Source of the DNA: an uncultured Acidimicrobiia bacterium
Lineage (GTDB): Bacteria; Actinomycetota; Acidimicrobiia; IMCC26256; JAENVU01
Direction of reading: 5' to 3'
Assembly: GCA_963701625.1 (NCBI GenBank)
Contig: CAVPAT010000005.1
Coordinates: forward strand, 3,146-67,145
Length of the DNA: 64,000 nucleotides
Numbering within the stretch: position 1 is the stretch's first letter; every line of letters starts with the position of its first letter. The position numbers and the translations under genes are program-made. Positions 56,102 through 64,000 of this stretch are shown one piece after another. A model generated the notes under the pieces. The model saw nothing but the letters and a program-made list of their open reading frames with translations, did no database searches and was not told the origin of the DNA.

Positions 56102-56809
56102 ATGACCGACCCGCACACGATCGACGGCGTCACCATCCCGGACATCAGTACCGCGTATGCCGGGGTGCGCACGCGCGTGACTGCACTGATCGAGAGTGCG
56201 ACACCGGATGCGCTCGACGCCGTCGCGCCCGCGACCCCTGCATGGCGCGTGCGCGACGTCCTCGCGCATCTCGTCGGCGTGCCGGCCGATGTGCTGGCCG
56301 GCAACCTCGACGGCGCGGCCTCCGACGCCTGGACCGAGGCCCAGGTCGTTGCGCGTCGGGAGACGCCGGTGGCCGAAATCCTGGCCGAGTGGGCCACCGT
56401 CGGACCGGTCGTCGAGCCGATGGCCCCGGACTTCGGAGTGATGGCAGGCCAGGCGATCCTCGACGCCAACACGCACGAGCACGACATCCGTGATGCGCTC
56501 GGGGCACCGGGGGCCCGAGACTCCGACGCGGTGCACATCGGCAGCGCCTGGGCGGCCCAGTGGATGGGTAAGGCAATGGCCGACGCGGAGGCCGGTCCGC
56601 TACGAATCGAGACCGACCTCTGGCAGCACACCTACGGCGAGGGGGCGCCGGCGACCACGCTGCGGGTCCCGGCGTTCGAGCTGTTGCGCGCCGCCACCGG
56701 TCGGCGCAGCGCGGAGCAGATCGAGGCGTTCGGCTGGGACGGCCCGACCCGCGTCGACGTCGTAGTCCTGCGGATCTTCACACCACGCACCACCGACTTC
56801 TCGGGCTGA
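56102..56809 (+). CDS. Mycothiol-dependent maleylpyruvate isomerase-family (DinB_2) protein
   Basis: ..YAGVRTRVTALIES..PATPAWRVRDVLAHLVGV..DAWTEAQV.. fits the TIGR03083-type N-terminal domain. Confidence 0.7.
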   Translation: MTDPHTIDGVTIPDISTAYAGVRTRVTALIESATPDALDAVAPATPAWRVRDVLAHLVGVPADVLAGNLDGAASDAWTEAQVVARRETPVAEILAEWATVGPVVEPMAPDFGVMAGQAILDANTHEHDIRDALGAPGARDSDAVHIGSAWAAQWMGKAMADAEAGPLRIETDLWQHTYGEGAPATTLRVPAFELLRAATGRRSAEQIEAFGWDGPTRVDVVVLRIFTPRTTDFSG

Positions 56810-56842
56810 GCTCGACGGCGCGCCGGATACGGTGCGCTCCGA

Positions 56843-58131
56843 ATGCCCGAGCCGACCGAGACGCCCGCAAGCACCGAGACCCGCGCCCGCGCGACGAGTC
56901 CATTCGCACCGTTCCGCCACCGCGTCTTCCTCGCGTTCTGGACCGGCGCGTTCCTGTCCAATATCGGGACGTGGATGGAGGCCGTCGGCATCGGGATCTA
57001 CGTCACGACCGAGACCGGACAGGCCGGCTGGACCGGTCTCGTCGCGGCAGCCGGGTTCCTGCCCGGGGGCTGCTCGGTCCGGTCGGTGGCGCGCTGGCCG
57101 ACCGACTCCCCCGCAAGGCGCTGTTGCTCACCACCACCACGGTCCAGGCCGCGCTCGCCGGTTTCCTGACCTTCCTCGCCGCGACCGGTTCCCCGAGCCC
57201 TGCGGTCGTCACCCTGATCGTCTTCGCGAGCGGCTGCGCTCAGGCCATCGGGTTCCCGACGTATCAGTCCGTCCTGCCGGATCTCGTTCCCCGCGAGGAC
57301 CTCATCGGCGCGGTGGCGCTCTCCACCGCCCAGTGGAACCTCGGGCGCGTGATCGGCCCGGCGCTCGCCGGCGTCGTGATCGCGGCCGGCGGGTATCAGT
57401 GGGCGTTCGGCATCAACACTGTGAGCTTCGTCGCCGTCATCATCGCCGTCGCGATGCTGCGGTTGCCGCCGCCCAAACACGATGGGAGCACCATCGTGCG
57501 CGCGGTGAAGCAGGGCGTCGGGTACGTCCGGCGCGACCCTGGACTCCGGGTCGTGATGGGATACATGTGTGTCAACACGTTTCTCGCCGCGCCGTTCATC
57601 GGCCTCGTCTCCTACATGAGCATCGAGGTCATCGGCGCAGGGGAGTCCGGCGCGTCACTGCTGGTCACCGCACAGGGACTCGGTGCGGTCATCATGGCGC
57701 TGGGTCTCGGCAACCTCGCGGCCCGTTACGGAAGCCGACGGGTGATGCTCACCGCGATCTGGACCCTGCCCGGAGCCCTGTCGCTGTACGCCGTGATGCC
57801 CAACATCTGGTCGAGCGCCGCGGCACTGTTCCTGGTCGGGCTGGTGTACTTCGGCGCGCTGTCGAGCTTCATGAGCATCGCCCAACTCCGCGCGCCGGCC
57901 GAGATCCGGGGTCGGGTCGTGAGCATCCTCGCCGTCGTCCTCGGGACGCTGTACCCCTTGGGGTCGGTGCTCCAGGGCAAACTGGCCGACGTCATCGGGC
58001 TCCGAGAGGTCACGCTGATCGCCGCGGGGCTGATGCTCCTCGCGCTGATCGTCATGCAGCTGCGAAATCCCCACTTCGCCGACGCACTCGACGAACCACC
58101 CACCGAGGTTGCAGTACCGTCCCCAGCCTGA
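56843..58131 (+). CDS. MFS transporter (MFS_3/EntS-like), one frameshift at ~57065
   Basis: ..FRHRVFLAFWTGAFLSNIGTWMEAVGIGIYV.. is in ORF 56843..57169. The gene continues in ORF 56971..58131 as ..GPVGGALADRLPRK... There are about 12 transmembrane segments. Confidence 0.75.
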
Positions 58132-58149
58132 ACCAGGAGGTCAGCAAAC

Positions 58150-58918
58150 ATGTCCGCAGTCGAAACCGAACGCATCGGCAAAGTCGGCGTCATCCGACTC
58201 AACCGCCCCGAGGCCCGAAACGCCGTCAACGGCGACCTGGCTCAAGGCGTGGAGGCCGCCCTCGACCAGTTCGAAGCTGACAACGAGGTCCAGGCCGTCG
58301 TCATCACCGGCAACGGCAAGACATTCTGCGCCGGCGCTGACCTCAAGCTCATCGCATCGGGCGGGGGTGCGGAGATGGCGACCGATCGGGGCAACTTCGC
58401 GGGCATCGTCACGCGGAACTACCCCAAGCCGATCATCGCCGCCGTGCACGGTGCCGCACTCGCGGGCGGCTTCGAGGTCATGTTGAGCTGCGACCTCGTC
58501 GTGGCCGCCGACGACGCCAAGTTCGGGTTGCCGGAGGTCAAGCGCGGACTGTTCGCCGCCGCGGGCGGGCTGATCCGGCTGCCCAAGCGCATCCCGATCG
58601 CAGTGGCCACCGAGCTCGCCATCACCGGCGACCCGATCACCGCAGACCGGGCGCTCCAGCTCGGGCTCGTCAACGAGATCGTGCCGGCCGATCAGGTCGT
58701 CGATGCCGCGCTGGCGCTGGCCGGCCGGATCGCCGCCAACGGTCCGCTGGCCATCAAGAACTCGCTGACGATGGTGCGCGAGGCCGCCAACCTGGACGAA
58801 GAAGAGGCGTGGCCCCGCAACATCGAACTCGCGATGGAGGTCGTTCTCGTCGAAGGACTCGATCGAAGGCGCGATGGCCTTCGCCGAGAAGCGCGAACCG
58901 AACTGGACCGGCACCTGA
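58150..58918 (+). CDS. Enoyl-CoA hydratase/isomerase, one frameshift ~25 codons before the stop
   Basis: ..IRLNRPEARNAVN..VVITGNGKTFCAGADLK..PIIAAVHGAALAGGFEVMLSCDLVVAADDAKFGLPEVKRGL... The corrected tail reads FSSKDSIEGAMAFAEKREPNWTGT-TGA. AGGAGG lies upstream of ATG 58150. Confidence 0.85.
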
Positions 58919-58931
58919 CCGACACCGGGGC

Positions 58932-59955
58932 TCACGCGCTCCGACCGGCGACGATGCCCGCGTGAGTCTCGGTCACGAAATCGACGACGGCGCGAGCGGC
59001 GACCGCCGCGGCGATCATCAGGAGTGCGCCAACGGCTGCGACCACGCGGCGTCGCGATCTCGCCGCCGACGGCTGCCGAGACGAACATGAACGGGATCGC
59101 CGCGCTCCCGGCCAGCCACAGGATCCACCAGCGCAGGACCAACGTCCGACCTGGACCACCGACCGGGACGAGGTCTCTCGTGGATTGGTAGGGCCACCAC
59201 AGGTTCAGAATTGGAATGATGAATGACGCGGTGGCCAGACCCGGCCCCCGGCGCGCCGGAAGCCCCGACGCCCACGCGTTGCTGGCCGCCCGGTAGAACC
59301 ACAACAGGAACAGCACGCCGACGACGATCCCGATGAGGCTGCCGAACTGGCCGAACATGATCGTGGCCGTCGCCGGCATGCGCGGCACCGGTCCCGTCGT
59401 GCGGGTCAGGTCGTCCCAATGGTCAGCAAACCACAGTGCCTGCTCGGCGTTGCCGAACATGGCCAGGGCCTGCGCGAAGCCGCCGACCAACAGCGCCGGC
59501 TTGAGGTAGCGGGCCAGGGTCTGTTCCCCGGCAAGGTCGGGAGTCCCCGCGTTCGGTGGACCGCTGACGTGACCGGTCCAGGTCGAGCCGTCCCACCACC
59601 GCAGCGCTGCGAGCCCCCAGGGATCCCGGTGCCATCCCGGCGCGACTGCGGCCTGGCCCTCGACCGGCTGCACCGGGATCGGACCAGCGTCCGTACCGCC
59701 GACCGGGGCCGCGGCCCCACTCGACTCGGAGGGACCGAGCGCCCCACCGGTGGCGACCGGGCCGACCACGCCGACGGTCGGGACCGCGGCCGCTGACGCG
59801 GCCGCCGGAGGATCATCACCAGGCGGCCGGTTCGGCGCTGTCTGGCGACTCCAGGCGCCACCATCGAAATACCGCTCGGCGTCGGTGCCCCAGGGGTCGG
59901 GGTACCAACCGGCAGCACGTGTCTTGTCCACTCCGGCTCCTCGTGTCCGTGCCAT
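58932..59955 (-). CDS. DUF2510 repeat plus DUF4328-like membrane protein, one frameshift near the 3' end (~59060)
   Basis: From the ATG at 59955: ..AAGWYPDPWGTDAERYFDGGAWS.. and ..APGWHRDPWGLAALRWWDGSTWTG.. are two DUF2510-type repeats separated by a Pro/Ala/Gly linker. Transmembrane segments follow, with ..LLWFYRAASNAW..IIPILNLWWPYQ... The tail is in ORF 58932..59159. Confidence 0.65.
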
Positions 59956-60005
59956 GCTCGCGGAGATGTCGCTGCTCACTGCGCACGAGCGGAGGTGGAC
60001 CCGAA

Positions 60006-61010
60006 ATGCGCCCGTCTGATCTGGCCACCCCGGCGCTCGTCGTCGATGGCCCCACCCTCGACGCCAACCTTGCCGCGATGGCCGCAGGCGCTGTCCCGGC
60101 GGGCAGTGTCGGCCCCACGTCAAGGCCCACAAGACCACCGCCCTCGCCCGCTACCAGCGGCGGTCGGTCATCCGGGGCTCACGGCGGCGACCCCACGCGA
60201 GGTCCTCGGGCTCGCCGCGGCCGGCCTCGGCGAGGATCTGCTCCTCGCCAACGAGACCGTCGACGCCCGACCGCCTGCCGCGTCGATGGCCGGTGCGGCG
60301 CCCGGGTGACCGTCGCGGTCGACTCGAACGAGACCGTCGACGCGGCGGCCGACCATGGGCATCCGCGAGGTGCTGATCGACGTGAACGTGGGACTCCCCC
60401 GGTGCGGCTGCGCGCCGACGGACGTCGCCGGAATCGTCGACCGATGCTGCACGCGCACGCGGTCTCCGCGGTGCGGGGCGTCATGGGGTACGAGGGTCAC
60501 GTCTACATCTTCGAGGACCGCGCCGAACGAGCGGCCGCGACCGAGACCGCCATGAAGATTCTCGCCGATGTCCACGCCGAAGGTGGGCGGCGAGTCGTCT
60601 CCGCCGGCGCCACCGGGACCTACGACCTCAACGGTGCCGCCACCGAAATCCAGGCGGGCACCTACGCATTGATGGACGCCACCTACGCTGCCGTTGATCC
60701 CGGAGTTCCAGCCGGCGTTCTGGATCGAGACGACGGTCGTGAGCACGTCTCCGAAGTACGCCGTCGTGGACTGCGGCCTCAAAGCGCTCGGGATGGACCA
60801 CGGCAACCCGACGATCGAGGACGCCGAGGTGCTCATCGTGTCGGACGAGCACATCACCTTCCGGCCTTCGGCCCCCGTGCGAGTCGGTGACCGGATCCGC
60901 GGTGTGGCCGGCTCACGTCGATCCCGACCGTCGCCTACCACGAACGCATGCACGTGACCGACGGCGAACAGGTCGTCGACGAATGGCCGATCGATCTGCG
61001 CGGCTGGTGA
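60006..61010 (+). pseudogene. DSD1-like PLP enzyme (alanine racemase N-terminal fold; D-serine dehydratase / D-threonine aldolase family), at least 8 frameshifts
   Basis: The pieces are spread over all three frames: MRPSDLATPALVVDGPTLDANL, RPHVKAHKTTALAR (PLP-Lys motif), GHPGLTAATPREVLGLAAAGLGEDLLLANE, ARVTVAVDSNETVDAA, IREVLIDVNVGLPRCG, RGVMGYEGHV, VVSAGATGTYD..EIQAGTYALMD, IPEFQPAFWIETTVVS..VVDCGLKALGMD, VWPAHVDP and VAYHERMHV..DEWPIDLRGW. Confidence 0.7.
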
Positions 61011-61040
61011 GCGACGCCGATAGCGTGCCCCGCACGGCCC

Positions 61041-62518
61041 GTGACCGACGTCTCGGATCTGGACGCCGGTCGCGCGAGGCCGAACTGGTCCACGGCGGCG
61101 ACGCGTCCCCGCTGGAAGTTGGTCGACGCCGCGATACACGAATCGAAGTCCCGCAATCCCGGCACTGAACGCCGTCATCCGCGACCGCTTCGAGCAAGCC
61201 CGCCAGGAGCCGTCGCCCCGACCTGCGCCGCCGGGCCGTTTCGCGGCGTGCCGATCCTGTTCAAGGACCTCAGCTGCGAGGTCGAGGGCGAGACGATCTT
61301 CGAAGGCATGCGTTTCCTGCGCGAGGCGAACTACCACGCCACGCACACCGATCGCCTGGCCCAACGTTTCATCGACGCAGGATTCGTCGTTCTGGGCCGG
61401 ACCAACACGCCGGAACTCGGCCTCCTGCCGACGACCGAGCCCGAGACCTACGGGCCGACCCACAATCCGTGGAGGCTCGGGCACACCCCGGGGGGCTCCA
61501 GCGGTGGCAGCGCCGCGGCGGTGGCCAGTGGGATGGTGGCGGTCGCCCACGCCAACGACGGCGGCGGCTCGATCCGGATCCCGGCCGCATGTTGCGGGCT
61601 CGTCGGCCTCAAACCGACGCGTGGCCGGGTACCGCTGTCGGGGCCAGTCAACGAGATCGCCAACTTCCTCATCGCGGACCATGTCGTGACCCGAACCGTG
61701 CGCGACACGGCGGCGCTCCTCGACGTGACCGGAGCTCCCAAGTTGGGCGGGCCGACCCAGGCACCCGCTGCCGGCTCGATCGTTCGCCGCGGAGGTCGGA
61801 CTCGATCCCGGCCGGCTGCGCATCGGGCTCCTCGATCGCGATCCCGACCGGCGGCGTCTCCATCGACCCGGCCTGCGTGACCGCGGTTCGGGACGCGGCC
61901 ACGCTGCTCTCGTCGCTCGGTCACGAGATCGACCAAGCGTTTCCGATCCAGTGGGGGGATCCCGAGGCGATGCTGCGCTTCAGCTCCGTGTGGGCCGCCG
62001 ACTGCGCATACATCGTCGACGACTGGGCGGCCAAGGTCGGCCGCCCCGTCTCCGAAGCCGACGTGGAGCCGCTCACCTGGAGGCTTGCGGCGATGGGCCG
62101 GGGGGTCACCGGCCCACAGTTCATCGCGACCGTGGTCGAGGCGATCGCCGATGCGACCGCGGCAGCCGCGTGGTGGCGCCAGGGAACCGACGGGCCCGGC
62201 TTCGACCTTCTCCTGACCCCGACCCTCGCCTCCCCACCGCCGCCGCTCGGCACCTTTCCCTCGACACCGGACGAACCGCTGACCGGCTTCATCCGGGCAG
62301 GAGAGTTCGTCCCGTTCACCACCCAGTCCAACATCTCCGGCCAACCGGCCATCAGCCTCCCGCTCGGCCAGACCGCGAACGGGCTTCCCGTCGGCGTCCA
62401 ACTCGTTGCCGCGTTCGGTCGCGAGGATCTCCTGATCCGGGTGGCCGCCCAGCTGGAAGCTGCGGCACCATGGGCCGCCCGCCGTCCCCCGACCCACCCC
62501 GAACCGGAGGCTCCGTGA
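61041..62518 (+). pseudogene. Amidase-signature family amidase (paralogue 1), multiple frameshifts (dense at 61060-61260, plus ~61775 and ~61848)
   Basis: ..[64 protein letters not shown].. is in ORF 61041..61880. The C-terminal half is in ORF 61469..62518. N-terminal fragments (ELVHGGDASPLE, VDAAIH, ALNAVIRDRFEQARQE) lie in three frames. Confidence 0.75.
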
Positions 62519-63963
62519 CCGATCCCTCGCTCGCCGCACTCGATGCCACCGCCAGCGCCGCGCTGGTCGCCGAGGGCCAGGTGTCGGCCACCGACCTGGT
62601 CGATGCGGCCATCGCTCGCATCGAAGCCACCAACCCCGAGATCAACGCGGTCATCCATCCGCTCTTCGACCGCGCTCGCCAGGCCGCGGCCGAGCCGCTC
62701 ACCGGACCGTTCGCCGGGGTGCCGATGGTGCTCAAGGACCACGACGGGACCCTGGCCGGCGCGCCGCTGCACCACGGGAACCGCCTGTTGCGAGACCGCG
62801 GTGAGATCGCGACCGACACCTCGGCGCTCTTCGATCGGTTCACGGCGGCCGGTTTCGTGTTCCTCGGCAAGACGAACACGCCTGAGTTCGGTCTCCAGAC
62901 CACCACCGAGCCGCGCGCGTACGGGCCGACTCGCAACCCCTGGAACACGACGAAGGGTACGGGCGGTTCCAGCGGGGGCTCTGCAGCCGCGGTTGCGGCC
63001 GGGATGGTGCCCGTCGGCCACGCGGGCGACGGGGGCGGCTCCATCCGCATCCCCTCGAGCGCATGCGGTCTCTTCGGCCTCAAGCCGTCACGCGGTCGGG
63101 TTTCGACCGGGCCCGAGGACGGCGAAGTCTGGAACGGGCTCGTCGCGCGCCACGTCCTGACTCGATCAGTTCGCGACTCCGCCGCGATCCTCGATCTGGT
63201 CGTGGGCGAGGAGCCGGGCGATCCCTATACCGCCCCGCCGCCGGACCGCCCGTTCCTCACCGAGGTCGGCGCCGACCCGGGTCGGCTGCGCATCGGGATC
63301 CGCACGACCGCGGTCGACAGCATCTGCGACGTGGACCCCGAGTGCGTCGCGGCTGCCGAGGACACCGGGAGCCTGCTCGAATCGCTCGGCCATCACGTCG
63401 AGGTGGCCGGCCCGGCCGCGCTCGACGACGGCGCGCTCATCGGCAGCTTCCTGACCATCGTCGCCGCCAATGCCTGGTGGGACGTCGAAGACCTGGCCCG
63501 CATCGCCGGTCGGGACATCACCGAGGACGACGTCGAGCCGGGCACCTGGGCGCTGGCCGAAACGGGGCGAGCGCTCGGGCTCTCCGCGTTCCGCGACGCC
63601 ATCGGCTCGCTGCACGCGTGGAGTCGGCGCATGTTGGGGTGGTGGCACGACGACGGCTTCGACCTGCTGCTCACCCCGACGCTCGCCGCGCTCCCGCCCG
63701 ATCTCGGCCTGCTCAACCCGACCGAAGGGGACCCGGCGATGGGGACAATCCTGCAGACGCCGTACGCGGCGTTCGCGGCGGCATTCAACGTGACCGGTCA
63801 GCCGGCGATGTCGGTCCCCGTCGCCATGAGCGGCAGCGGTCTGCCGGTCGGCGTGCAGGTCGTCGGCCGCGCCTACGACGAGGCGACGCTGTATCGGATC
63901 GCGGCCCAACTCGAGACGGCCGCGCCGTGGGCCGACCGTCGACCGCCCGTCTTCGCCGGCTGA
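62515..63963 (+). CDS. Amidase-signature family amidase (paralogue 2), intact
   Basis: The GTG at 62515 (GTGA overlap) follows GGAGG. ..[64 protein letters not shown].. Confidence 0.85.
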   Translation: MTDPSLAALDATASAALVAEGQVSATDLVDAAIARIEATNPEINAVIHPLFDRARQAAAEPLTGPFAGVPMVLKDHDGTLAGAPLHHGNRLLRDRGEIATDTSALFDRFTAAGFVFLGKTNTPEFGLQTTTEPRAYGPTRNPWNTTKGTGGSSGGSAAAVAAGMVPVGHAGDGGGSIRIPSSACGLFGLKPSRGRVSTGPEDGEVWNGLVARHVLTRSVRDSAAILDLVVGEEPGDPYTAPPPDRPFLTEVGADPGRLRIGIRTTAVDSICDVDPECVAAAEDTGSLLESLGHHVEVAGPAALDDGALIGSFLTIVAANAWWDVEDLARIAGRDITEDDVEPGTWALAETGRALGLSAFRDAIGSLHAWSRRMLGWWHDDGFDLLLTPTLAALPPDLGLLNPTEGDPAMGTILQTPYAAFAAAFNVTGQPAMSVPVAMSGSGLPVGVQVVGRAYDEATLYRIAAQLETAAPWADRRPPVFAG

Positions 63964-63977
63964 ACCGAGGAGCGCAC

Positions 63978-64000
63978 ATGACCGATGATTTTGCTGAGCT
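63978..64000 (+). CDS. 5' end of an unidentified CDS running off the window
   Basis: ATGACCGATGATTTTGCTGAG.. begins 8 nt after GAGGAG. It is too short to identify. Confidence 0.3.

Noticed and set aside
58141-58931. The lower third of the 665-aa minus-strand ORF 58141..60138, as an extension of the DUF4328 protein
   Set aside because: It is antisense to a well-supported enoyl-CoA hydratase. The DUF4328 gene, after one frame correction, ends at 58932 with a hydrophobic tail.

Overview
High-GC 64-kb window that is a composite of two sources. Nt 1 to ~4280 is a visibly lower-GC, betaproteobacterial-type housekeeping locus on the minus strand: rluB, a terminator, then rimP-nusA-infB. rluB is intact, but rimP, nusA and infB are broken by many frameshifts. 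At ~4263-4290 this abuts a 3'-truncated thiolase gene. From there on, the sequence is ~70%-GC-looking actinobacterial-type DNA, with markers such as a mycothiol/DinB enzyme, three F420-type LLM oxidoreductases, a sortase, DUF2550 and frequent GTGA/ATGA start-stop overlaps.

The actinobacterial part is a dense metabolic region containing:
- a steroid C/D-ring (HIP) type echA20-ipdA-ipdB-ipdC block with SDRs, an acyl-CoA dehydrogenase, a thiolase/DUF35 pair and a CYP125/124-like P450
- a class III cyclase fused to a STAND ATPase and TPR domains
- a copper amine oxidase and a formaldehyde-activating-enzyme (Fae) homologue
- a TPP-riboswitch-controlled thiamine pyrophosphokinase plus ABC importer operon
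- a two-component system translationally coupled to a stand-alone ribB
- a two-gene cassette of a Rieske-FMN (GltS-like) protein and a Rieske-ThDP enzyme
- a PaaX-like repressor/desaturase divergon with a near-perfect palindrome
- MTA salvage genes and tandem amidases

The strongest candidate for something new is a GrdB/PrdB-family gene (45402-46577, minus). It has an in-frame TGA exactly in a U-x-x-C-T-R redox motif. Eleven nt downstream lies a 6-bp stem with a GGUCG loop, the geometry of the E. coli fdhF SECIS minihelix. This is a putative selenoprotein in a high-GC actinobacterial context.

Caveat: at least ~15 actinobacterial genes also carry single-base frameshifts, with a dense cluster at 60.0-61.9 kb. 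The assembly is therefore either error-prone or rich in pseudogenes. No rRNA, tRNA, CRISPR array, transposase or integrase was recognised.
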